A DNA stretch of 64,000 nt from Lingula anatina (lineage: Eukaryota; Animalia; Brachiopoda): NCBI GenBank assembly GCA_051362555.1, contig CM120640.1, positions 6,572,001 to 6,636,000 of the forward strand. Direction: 5' to 3'. The notes under the pieces are model-generated. The model made no database searches. It was not told the origin of the DNA and saw only the letters and a program-made list of their open reading frames with translations. The first letter of the stretch is position 1. Every line of letters begins with the position of its first letter. Below, one piece after another: positions 26,401-38,091 of this stretch. A program made the translations under genes and the position numbers.

Positions 26401-28194
26401 TAAGCATTTCTTTACTTGTGCTCCAGCATATGCATAGGCATGTAAGTCAGGGTTGGTGCCCGCACCATTCATATATCTGGAAAAATATTAAAAGTTAACT
26501 AATGATATAAATAAAATCAATGCTACATTTGTAAAAATTAATCTTCAATAAATAGGCATTTTAAATAGACACATTGTCTTTGTAAAAAGAAAATTAATTA
26601 AATTCAATTTGTTATGGAATGACATAAAATCAGTTTTGCCTTGGGTGTGAGAAAAGATTGGATGTTGCCCACAGCAACTTAACGCCAGTCTCTTTCTGCA
26701 GTTGAAGAGCAAGGTCAGATATTTCATCTAGGTTCTTGTTGCTCTCCTCTATGGTAGCTCCCTCTGGGGCAATATCCCTGTAATACAAATCATTTATGAG
26801 ATAAGGCACTTCAGAAATAGTGCACACAATCTTCATAAATCTTCCTATTTACTTTTAAGATAGCACAGGTTAGGCTCAAAGACATGCTACATCCAGTGTA
26901 AGTAATAAAAGACTAATATCAAAAGTTTACATGGTTTACCATCACTATTTCCTTTTTTAGTCACTTAGGGTTCCCATTGAAACCATCGGTCAACATAGAT
27001 AATAGGTTCACATGCCTCCCACTGGCATTAAGTAGAATACAGAAAATCTGGTGATCATGCAAGAATGTTGGAAACAAGAGAAGGCATTTTAATCTGTTAA
27101 ACTAATTGCATTCAACCTGCAGAGTTGGAATGATCTATGTCAACTAATAGTTACTATGTAAATGAGCCCTTAGATGAGAAATGTGATGTCTTTGTAAAAC
27201 AAGGCCTAACTAATTAAAACAGCATATATCAAATCTTCATAGTGAAACTACCTGTCATGGAAGGTCCAATATTTCACCCCTAGCTTGGTGAAAAACTCGA
27301 AAGCTACACGCAGCCTTTTCTTGGCCATTTCCATGCTGTCTGTGCCATCTTCCCAGGGTCTTTTCAAGGTTGCTGAGCCAAATGGATCCAAACCTGCAAG
27401 AAAATGAGAGAATTTCAACTTCAAAGACAAATACTTAATTGGCACCAAAGTTCAGTTATTAGTTAATATGATGATCTTTTTTTCAATCCAAATAAAATCC
27501 CTGATATGACAAATTGTTGTGCTTATAAAATTTGAGTAAATTTATTAAAATAACCACCTGTGCCACGGAAGGTGTGCCAGTACACCACTGAAAACCTCAG
27601 CCATTCTTCCATTGTACGACCATGAACAACCTATGGAAAACAGAATGATATTTAACTACACAAACTGTATATGGATTTTTTTATGACATAATCTTTCATG
27701 TGTTATCAATTATTCTTCAAAATCTCTTTACAACACCAAAATAAATCAACATATTTACCTCTTTAGCATTGTAATGCTTATAACATAGGGTGTCTGTTGC
27801 AGGGGCATCAGGCTTGTATTGGATGGCACTAATACCTAGAAATAGCAAAATGAAACCATATTTCAAAACAATTAATATGTACAAGCGCATTGAAATTTTA
27901 CAAGGTTGCCATGATAGTTGAACATACCAATTACATAATCGTATCCTGCGCGTTAATATCTTCCGTTTACTGACCTCTTACCTGCTGCTTGTTGACCCAA
28001 CCAAGCCCAAAATCTGAAACTGATAACGCCATCCCTAGTTCAAAATTAAAGTAGGGCACTAGCCACTACACTCAGTGCCGTTTAGCAAGCTGCAAGTTTG
28101 AGTAATTAAAGATACCTGGAAAGAATTCCCCACTTCCATCCACCGGTGCAGAAGCGCCCGAATCTACCTTAGCCTTCTTTGCTTTTGGTCCCAT
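23458..28194 (-). CDS. xylA: Xylose isomerase (class II), 15 coding exons
   Basis: Exons 28194-28116, 27835-27759, 27630-27558, 27393-27252, 26777-26640, 26476-26367, 26164-26069, 25883-25800, 25504-25449, 25064-24994, 24858-24753, 24461-24359, 24076-23997, 23796-23722, 23541-23458. Motifs [68 protein letters not shown]. Confidence 0.95.
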
Positions 28195-28726
28195 TATGGC
28201 ACTTGCGATTTTGTAGAACCCCTAGATCACTTGCCCTACGCAAACTTCCTGCGGCACACACGCTGTTTGTATGTAACCGGTAAGAGAGCCCGTACCTTGG
28301 ATTTTGTTACGCTCTATGCATTTAATACCAAAATAGATGTAAAGGTTAAAATTACGAATAACTTGAAAGCTCCAAAATATATTAGTTTTAGCACATGACA
28401 TTCAATATTAATTAACAAATGTCTTATTTTTAATAGACATTTGAGCGGAAATTACCAAAAGCTTGCTTAGGGCTTGTGTTAAATTGGATTTCAAGTCAAG
28501 GTCATCTAAGGAGCAGCTCATAGTCTTTTTCAATTAAAATTGCGACATTTTAACGATATGGCATAATATCTCAATATTCGACAGCAAGCTAACCAACTTA
28601 AAATTTATATGTAGAAATATCATACAAATAATATTTTGGGCAAATATCAAATTTGCCAAATCAAATACTGAACTATGTACTTTGAACTAACAAATCAAAT
28701 GCTCCCTCACGAAGCATACATTGTAC
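28195..28726. promoter_or_regulatory. Probable bidirectional promoter of xylose isomerase and the PEX39-like gene
   Basis: Divergent ATGs about 530 bp apart. ETS-like ACTTCCTG near 28244. Confidence 0.5.
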
Positions 28727-29712
28727 ATGATGGAAGCGGCAGACTGTACGCACTTTCGAGATTTCCATGAGTATGATTTCGAAAGTAATGTAGCGTTTCA
28801 AAAAGGTTGGCAGCAGATAGCACAACGCTTGAGGGAAGAAACAGACGCAGATGCTGGCTCTCAACTATTGAAGGCTAAGGCCTTCTTTTACTCAAGGTGA
28901 ACAAATAATTCAATTTGATGCCCTACTCAGGCTACTGAGTAAATTTCTGAATTTCTGTCTTACCAGTAGGTCTAGAACATCTAAATTCTATCGCATGGTT
29001 CTTCCCAAATTTGATAAGCTATTTGCCCATTTTCGACACACTCTGGTGTTGATTAGTCTTATTTATTGAACTTACAAACTTCGTAGATTCATGCAGTTGA
29101 TATAATTAGTAACGTGTTGTAATTGAATTAATTTGTTTAAATTGACATGTTTTCCCCGGTTTTAATTGCTACTCATTATGCTTCAGATTTCATAAACCTA
29201 TTGATGTGGACAAATATAAACAGTGGCTCCTTCAAAATGTGATATTAACAGAAGGTAATACATGCACAGAAGATAATTCTGTTCACAAGGATCCAAAGTC
29301 AAAGGAAATTTGTAGTCCAGATAAAAATGAGTCTGGATCTACAGAGCTACTTTCAGGTACTGAAAGCTCTAAAACAAGACTAAAAGTTCCCCAGTCTTCT
29401 GATACTGAACCAGTTCAAACAGATTTAGTGCAATGTCATAAGGAGAATTCTAAACAATTGACTGATGAGAATGACGAGGTAAAAAACATACAACATGGTG
29501 CTCATTTCATAGATTCTCATCATGAAGATACTAGTACTCAGACTAATGATGACAATCCCATTCCCAAATATCCAGCTTCATTTGTTGAAATAATGCATTT
29601 AGTTGAAACAGGACAGCCAATTCCAGGAGTGGTAGACTTGAATATAAAATCAACAGATTCTGAACCAACTGTTTCGCATTTGAAGAGAAAACCTAAACCA
29701 TGGGAGGGGTAA
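28727..29712 (+). CDS. PEX39: PEX39/C6orf226-like protein (DUF5572/KPWE family; peroxisomal PTS2 import cofactor family)
   Basis: Exon 28727-28896 (MMEAADCTHFRDFHEYDFESNVAFQKGW...LLKAKAFFYS) splices in phase 2 to 29187-29712, ending PASFVEIMHLVETGQPIPGV...RKPKPWEG*. Confidence 0.75.
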
Positions 29713-31569
29713 ATAGTAAAGATAGAACATAAAATGTTTCTCAGGAGGCATATGTTTCTTTGTCGTCTTGAAGTGAAAATTTTAAGTGACATGGATAACA
29801 ACCATTGGAATTCTGTTCATGTCATAAACAAGTGAACTTTATTTCAACATATCATGTGAAAATAACTACCGCTATCACTGAATTGTGTAGAAAATTGAAA
29901 TGAAAAAAAGAATGCACATGTTTGCACCAAAGAGTACTGTACATGTTAATTATTTGAGTGAATAAGCAACAATCATTGGTATTAGTTGAAAAAAGACAAC
30001 TGGATTCTGTGCACAGATGGATGGACGGACAGACAGTTTGGTTCCAGCGTACACTTCCACCTTACTTTATATGAGGGACTAAGTGCAAAATTATTTGATA
30101 TAATTGAAAAATTGATGTTTTTTAAAACAAATAATTTTATAACATGTAATTTAATTTACATCCTAAGTGCAATTCAACAATATTTAATGACAACTTTACA
30201 TTTTAACACATATAAAATATAGAAAAAAAGTGTTATGTAGTTTGATTTTTTTCTGTGACAAGCAAAAATAAAACCATGTAGATCCACTCTATTGTTAACT
30301 TCCTGCCGCTGTGAACAAACATCTTCAGCAAACCATAAATGTTTTAATTCCAGAACTGGCAGTTTTGGCTCTGCAATTCTCAAATGCAGCAGGAAAAATT
30401 CCTAGTACTAATTCGTGTGCAATGTTTTGCCAGTGTTAATTTCATCCCCCACATAGATTATTAATAAGAGGAGTATATTTTGTTTCAATGTTAGGAGAAA
30501 TGAGCTCTTCCTTGTCTACCAATCAACATATGGGATTGTTTTCGGTGACACGTTGAGCATACCAGTAGAATGTTGAAAAGAGTATCCATATACACTGTAT
30601 TAATCACACAAAGTACAAGCGGTAATGCAGTAGATGTGAAAATGAAACGTGCAGGCCCCACTGCAAAATCAGGTTACTAAAAACTAGCATGACGTCCTAT
30701 ACAGTGTATGCAGAATCAGGGTTGGTTCTGAGCTCTTGAAAGTACTGTGTTTACGAATAAAAGAGAACAGTTTCGTAAGTTCTCTTACGACTTTCAAATG
30801 AAAAGTTTACCCATTAGTATAGATATAGGCATGCGCGGTTAAATTTGGCCGAGGTCTCGGAGAAACTTAACGTTATTTACTCAACAGGACAAATAAATGA
30901 CACATCTTGGCTTGGGCAATAACTATCCAAACAAAGATAAGCGATAACAAGAAATGGCAACAGCCACAATATTTCCATCGTTCCTGGCCTTCGTGATATA
31001 GAGCATGCAGAATATAATACAGGGATGCTAAGTAGCGTCTCTGCATGGTAAAGCTCAGTAATAAGACCTTTAAAATGCCTTTAAAAAGTGTTGTGAATTA
31101 AAGGTAAATAGCTGTTGTGAGAAAATCGGAGCGACAAGGTACTAAAAAGTACACACTACGTCAAATGAAAGTAAAACGCGCATTTTTTGGTTACTAGAAA
31201 TATATTTTATCTTGCACATTTGACTTGACATTTAACTTTCTAGAACCAAAATCAAATATAAAGATAACGTCCGAAAAATGGACTTAATATTTCGCAAACA
31301 CGCTGAACTGTACTTCTTTCTTGAGTGATAAAATCTAATCTGTATTTACCAAGCTTTTAATATACAATGCTTCATTTAATAAAGCAAACCCATTAGTCCG
31401 GGGCTTTCACTGCTAGGGCTACATCTTTGTAACCCAGCAATGGTCCGATGAAAGGAGATTTACATAGTGTGTGCAAACATTTCGGGCAGAAATGCAAACA
31501 CCAGGCTAGAAACGGTAGATGCACAATTTCTATTGATTTTTGTTTGTGATCTCTGACAGAAACGAAATA

Positions 31570-31734
31570 TGACGTGATGACTGGCCAAATGAGGGCCACA
31601 CACTGATACAGCTAATGGACTGACTGGAAGATTTAGTGAACAGAGGGTACAGAATGTAGACAACAAGTGCGATCCCTGACGTAGTAGTAAACTTGTAGGA
31701 TTGCAGGAGGCAGGAGACCGTCTCGAAGGTGAGT
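31570..31734 (+). promoter_or_regulatory. Putative non-coding first exon and promoter of orphan gene 1
   Basis: CRE-like TGACGTGA (about 31570) and TGACGTAG (31677). Strong donor AAG/GTGAGT at 31729. A matching acceptor TTTTTATTCAG sits directly before the ATG at 32596. Confidence 0.45.
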
Positions 31735-32595
31735 TTTTATAGACACCAGGTGCTCTGATTGATACGATATGTGGAAAAAACCAACAGATTTTCAGGGAAT
31801 TGAATTAATGTGTTGCATGTCTGGCATATCAACTGTGAGTATTAAAACAAAAACAGAGGTTCTAATTCAATTTTCAAAAGAGGAAGAAGAAGGTTGAGTC
31901 ACTTTGGTTTCAAGTCTGTATTACTTATTTTGTCTTCAGTACTGTTATCTGCATTACAGTTTATTAGCTGATTATAGTGATGTCTATATCTTACTGGCGA
32001 TATACAGTAACGCTTTAATGAATCTAAAGGTAAATATTATGTTACCACTATATTTGCTAGATTTAAAAATATCTCTTCTCTTCTCCTGGGACGTCAAAAA
32101 TATAGATTGTCTTAGTGCTACAGTCAATAGCCAGATTTATTCAACAGAGTAGGCATACATTCCGTTTGATAAGGATATCGACCATCTTTCTCCTTCACCC
32201 CTCTTGTCCCATCAATATGATGAGGTTTTGGTCCCACGTGAGCAATTGTTTCAATCAATATCACTAGGTATAAGGCCCAGACACAACAGAGGACGGGGTA
32301 AGGCTAATTTCCGCCCTTAAAAACATGTTTATTTGTAGTTAAAAGAATCCGTAGATTCATGTAAAATATTCCTGTTTAGTTAGATTAATACGTCGGGGCG
32401 AAACAAAAGCTGTCAATATCAGTAAATTATTTCAGAAAAGGTATAAAAAATCACAGTTTCTAATAATAGTTTTAAATATACGGTAAGGTTAACAGAGATC
32501 TGACAACAGGGTCAGATCCGGATTTTCTTCAACACATCTAATTGAGTTTTCATCGTATAAGTAGATTAATGAAATGTTGTTTGTTTTTTATTCAG

Positions 32596-33798
32596 ATGAG
32601 TCTGGTCACCAGCCGTCCTAGCCTGGGGCCTCGTGCAGTAACCATGGACTCCTGGACGCTCTCTCAATCTCGCGGGCGGAAAAAGGCGCTGTCCCTGAAT
32701 CTCACAGACGTGTGTCGTCTGGCAGAATTAGACAGATTGAGAGAATCCTGCAGGTCCAGGCGACACACAATAGAAGAAATACATATCAAACAATTTTCTC
32801 CTCCCCCTAAGAACCTCCCCAATAAGAACAGGTCACTCACAGAGCCCCATGGAACAATGTTATCCAAACGGGCAACTCCCGTCGACCAGATCATCAGGCG
32901 GCCGTCGGTGTCCGAGGGGGGAGAGAGAGTTGGACAATTAACATGTAAAAGAGCAGAAAGTGCCATGTCCATCGAATCAAAACCATCTGTTGGCGAGCTT
33001 CCCAGACAGTGTTGTGACGTTTTGGGTCCAGGACTTTGCCGTGATTGCTCAAGATTATACAGAAGGCATTTTAATACACGGAAATCTGCCCATGCTTTCC
33101 CAAACTTGACCATATCTGCAAGGAATTTGGCGACGACTACGATATTGAAAAAATATCTTCCTAATATGAGTCCTACCGAAATACAGAAAAACGTTGCCAT
33201 GGAATATATCGACGTGAAGCCATTCAGTCCAAGAGATTTAGTTTCAAGTAGGGAACTGAGACAAGAGAGCTTCGCTAATTCGGAAACGGGAGTACACAGA
33301 CTCAAAAACGTTGTCAATGACGGCACATCACTGACATACTTTAACGGTATCGCAGATTTAAACGCGAAGATTGTGTCAGGGAGAGTTCCGAGAAGAATAG
33401 ACCTAATGACCGATGGATCGCGCCCCAAATCTAACAAACTCCGCCAAGATAAAACTATATCTGAGAGACTGTTTCCGACTTTCGTCAGTACGAAAAAAGC
33501 TGTCGAAGTTGAAAAATCGTTACACTTTACACCATACTCTCCTCCTCTTCTATCAGTGGAGCAACAGAATGCGGAACCGTCTTTCTTCGCTGGGTCTGAC
33601 CTAGAGTACACGCTGCCAGAGAGACTGCCAAGCAGGCTGTTTTCAGACACAGATGAGGACGAGTACAAGTCCTGGGACTCTGGGTCTATTGCCACGCCTT
33701 CACAAGGCAGTGCTCGCACGGAAAGGTCTTTACCTCTGAGCGTGCCGTCCACCCCCCAGGAAAGCATGAAGCACCCACAGTATGGACTGAGTTCTTAG
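32596..33798 (+). CDS. Uncharacterised Ser/Arg-rich protein (orphan 1, about 400 aa, intronless CDS) with a Cys motif
   Basis: Long GC-elevated ORF in AT-rich context, with ATG immediately after a splice acceptor. Contains CCDVLGPGLCRDC..RHF and basophilic kinase sites RRHT and RRPS. Confidence 0.8.
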   Translation: MSLVTSRPSLGPRAVTMDSWTLSQSRGRKKALSLNLTDVCRLAELDRLRESCRSRRHTIEEIHIKQFSPPPKNLPNKNRSLTEPHGTMLSKRATPVDQIIRRPSVSEGGERVGQLTCKRAESAMSIESKPSVGELPRQCCDVLGPGLCRDCSRLYRRHFNTRKSAHAFPNLTISARNLATTTILKKYLPNMSPTEIQKNVAMEYIDVKPFSPRDLVSSRELRQESFANSETGVHRLKNVVNDGTSLTYFNGIADLNAKIVSGRVPRRIDLMTDGSRPKSNKLRQDKTISERLFPTFVSTKKAVEVEKSLHFTPYSPPLLSVEQQNAEPSFFAGSDLEYTLPERLPSRLFSDTDEDEYKSWDSGSIATPSQGSARTERSLPLSVPSTPQESMKHPQYGLSS

Positions 33799-34587
33799 GC
33801 TTACGTTGTTACATATTGTGTTAGTCTTTTTAAAGGCATGAGGGTAGTTTACATTATAACAAAATGAAGCGAATTTTATTATTGATAACCACTGAGTGAT
33901 TTTGACGTATTATGTTAAGAAATTACTCTTCATTAGTAGAAAAAAGGATTTAAATCTGAGATCATACACTAAGAAGGAATACATTGTATAATGAGTAGAG
34001 TTGGTGATGGCACGACTGAATTTCAAATGATGCGTTTGGATACAGTGTTTTAAATGAATGAATGAATGAATGAGGTGAAGTTGACAATGGCCAAAGAGAG
34101 TAAAAATCAATATCTAAAAGGATGCGTTTCAGTATTTGCTCCTATACCACTGAACTAAATAACAGGATACCATGTGCATGCAAATCATATAACATAACTG
34201 GGCAAAATGATACGACTATTATTATTATTATTATTATTATTGCTCACAAAACATGCTGACCATATTGTGAATTTTGTTTTGACTCATGGATATTACATAT
34301 GTATCTTTTTGCAATATCAGTATTTCATACCATTTTTAATTCATAAAAAATAAAACAAGAACTTTCAGATGTTTAGCGTAAACTGTTTTTTAAGTTGTGT
34401 ATGTGCGATATGTACCTTTTTAAATTCTTTTGTAAATCAGAGAGGATATTTTTGCTCACTCACTCTCTATTCTCAAGTATTACTGAATATTGCTCAAAAT
34501 GAAATAAAAGATGACATAATAAAAGAGTGCCGAATAAATACTTGAAATAGCGGATCTAGTCGTTATTTTCATGTCCTGCAATGCATA

Positions 34588-34612
34588 CTCTCTCTCTATC
34601 TCACCCCTTCTC

Positions 34613-34642
<30 letters not shown>
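34588..34642. repeat. (CT)n microsatellite
   Basis: Imperfect CT dinucleotide run. Confidence 0.85.
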
Positions 34643-34643
<1 letters not shown>

Positions 34644-37600
34644 TGCTCACCCGATTGTGGTAGATGAGAAACGTGTCGTCAATAACAGTTTTATTGTTAA
34701 ACCAAAATTTCAAATTTACTTGAATTAATGAATAAGACATCACTCTATTAATCCAAAATTCTGTCAGATTACTGATCTTGTCAGCCTGCCAACATAATTA
34801 ACTACTCTGCGCTTACACACCACATTAATGAATTTGAATAGGTCGTGGGAAAAAAGGTGCAAGGAAAAACACTGAACAAATAGAAGGTTAAAAGTGCAAC
34901 ATGCAACAGAAAGGAGCATTCAGTGATTAGCTGTAATCATTGGGTGTTTCCTCTTAAAAACCTAACCAACAAAGAAAGTGCAAACATGCGCAGTGGATAC
35001 TGTCTGTCTGCAAATTATCGGAGGGAGGTGTAAATCACCTTTTTTTAAATCTACTCTACGTGACACATCTTAATTTGACGAGTTGTATTCTCTTTACTGT
35101 CAGTTATCAACAAAAACGTTCTCTATAAAAACTTTTATGGTGTTACAAATTAAATGCGGTAAATCTTGTGCTTTAAAAATGCTCCCTGTGTAGCCAGGCT
35201 TCCTTTTAAAATACGCGATGATTTACGTGTTAAGTTTTCTGTCTAAAATCGTCTTGATTGTGAGTCTGCCAAGACACAAAAATTTATAAAGAAAATAAAA
35301 CAAATGCACCACGCAACATAATCTAAGTCACTTATATTTTTTGCCGTAACCTTATCCATTTGTTACTGTACGCGATAATCCTCTACTTTGGCATGTCTAG
35401 GTAGTGTACGCAGCATACGCCTGAACTCCCACAAACTATCAATTTCTTGAATTTACCAAACATGTTCAACAGATATTATGGTAAGCAAACCTTTTCAACA
35501 AACGAATGGTAAATAAAACATATAATAATGGGTTACATCAGTAGTTGACACAGGTATCCACACCAGGGCAACGCTTCCTTACAAAGAGGGCAAAGTGGCG
35601 TCTTGAAGAAATGGCAAAAATAAATCGATAAACATTTCGTGACATCATCATTATGGGCTATATGTATGCTTGAAATCATTTGAGCCAATTATTTCACGGT
35701 GGTTGAGAACAACGCCGCAGGTGTTAATAAGAAATAGATGGGTGTGGAGGTATCTTAAAAGACGCGCACTCGGTTCGTGGCACCAACACCTGGAGGATGG
35801 AGGTACGTGTGATATCCACAAGTTGTTGACAAAACGAATTTGTGAAATTTACTTTCAAGATATTTTAATGCCCGAAGGTATTTGAGGTTATGATCGTGAG
35901 ATTATCCCTCTCGTCGTGTTTTGACCTCACAAATTTGTTTTCTTTTCTTTTTTCTAAAGAATCATTATTGTAAGCAAGCGTTAATAAACTTAAGTTGAAT
36001 ATAACGCCATATACAGAATATGACAGAATATTTTGTCACATCCAATATCAATATTATACAAAAGCAACGATTAAAAGATGCATAATTTCGCTCAGCAAAT
36101 TAATACCTATGCGCCACTTTCTTACAAAATTATAATGTATATAGTGACATTCCGTTTCGACTTTCATTTTATATCTAAGGTTGTCACCTTTTTTTTTACT
36201 TCTTTCCGGTTCAAATTAGCACCATTTGCCATCTTTCGAAAAAAGTGTAAAAGTCACGGCCGTAAAAACATCAAAGATATAAGTTTGTATAAGCCAAACC
36301 TTGCTGTTCGCCGTACCATTTTGGGTCACCTTTTTTTGTGCTGGTTGTTATTTGGAGTAGGCCGTATGCTGGCGGAGGGTATTTGTACTAAAGATTTGAG
36401 CTGTTTTTATTGACATGATTCTACATGAGACCTTCTAATTTTACAAGAACAACATACAAGAAAGAGCATAAGGTTAAATATATAAACCTATCTGCCAAGA
36501 TATAATAAGGTGCTCGGTGGGTACACGACATTGAGGAGACACATTGGCTTGTCGCTAGGATTGTAGATTGAAAAGATGGACATCTTTTTGTAATGATTGT
36601 GATGCAACAGAATTTAAAGGTTGGCACACCAATGGTGGTATTCTCTTTTAAACGAAATTACAAAATGAGAAAGAACATTTAACCGGAAAAGCGGGCTTTG
36701 AAGTTATTTGGAAGACGCAACAATTAGAAGTAAGTGTCACTATACGAGTCTTTGACATACATGATGAAAAAATGTACTTTGAAAGTACTTTGAAATGGAT
36801 GATGCGATCACTGTTGTATCAAAATTTTGTCGATATTCATCTACACCTGTTGTTTATTAATTGACATTACAACAGCTACATCATTAAGACAGGTCTCATT
36901 AAATCATTAATTCTAACCAAAAGCACATGGAACAAATGCTGGGTGTCAACTTAAGAAAACACATCTCTGTTATTTCACAACGTAATATCTATTTACGATA
37001 ATTGGATTAACAAAAACGGGATTAATGACAGGTTTTGTTCCTACCATTTTGATTGTGTCCGCTTACATAAAGTCGATGTAGTGGTTGGCATTAAATATTC
37101 AAAACGCCCCAGACATTGTTCAAAGACGGTGATGTTTATAAAAATCAATGGCACCTTTGAAATCGTTAAGCATCTTCGATGTAAATATTGATTCCGACCA
37201 TGAAAGACCAATAACCAATTCAAAAGATATCGAATCAAACGAATTGATAGCGAAACCCAGTAGTCTACTTAGGCAACATTTCCAATATGTATCGAAGTTC
37301 CCATAGTGTCCAGAGTGTTTACTATGACATGAGACCCTCATTCGTTTCTTTAACTAACCTCGAGGTAAAAGTGTATTTTAGTGCAGATCACAGAAAACTT
37401 TACACCACTGATATCAAATTAAAACGTTTTAAATCGAAGGTAAGAGGTCATCACAATATCACGTAATGTAAACAATACAAATTGTTGCGTGCTTTGAAAG
37501 TTTTAAAGTCTAGATTTAAACCTTTTAAGAAATCATAAGTTTGATAGTGATGTGCGCGTGACAAATCTAAGATCATTTCGTTTAGTTAAACAAAGTATTT

Positions 37601-38091
37601 GAAAGGGGCGCACTTTAAACTACTTAGGATATAATTCAAACTACTAAGGATAGTATTGTTTGCTATTTTAGCTGCCCGAGGCGCTTTACACCAATATCGT
37701 AAAATGGAAATAGACTGGTTACAGAGAAAAACAAATACATTGAACTATTTAGAAAGAGTGATTCGTATAATGGCCACATACATATAAAGAGCAGCAAGTA
37801 CATGTTGTGTTCATAACCAACAAAATAACAAAATGTTCCAGCTGATGTGGGTCTCATTTATTTCAGATATTACCATTGGAGCCAGGGGCGTTTTGGAGTC
37901 AATATCAGACGGATTGGAAAAAGAGTATTCTTCAAGGCATATAAGAAGAAATATACATCTGTCATACATCAAGTAAGAACATAAACAGAAATTAAATACT
38001 GTGGTGGAATGAAGCGGCACTGTTAACGGACAGGATAACTGAATCGAATTAAAAGTCAGAGCATGACACTGTGATTGGTACAATTGCGTGG

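Noticed and set aside
23458-28194. Xylose isomerase as bacterial contamination, recent HGT, or peroxisomal cargo of neighbouring PEX39
   Set aside because: It has 14 spliceosomal introns and host-like composition. There is no PTS1 (ends HYV) and no PTS2 nonapeptide.
32664-33767. 367-aa antisense ORF over orphan 1
   Set aside because: Fully nested in the sense CDS, starts only at an internal antisense codon, and has no recognisable motifs. Most likely a shadow ORF.
35530-37340. GC-elevated patches and short ORFs between orphans 1 and 2
   Set aside because: No consistent splice phases or recognisable protein motifs. May be decayed repeats or regulatory DNA.
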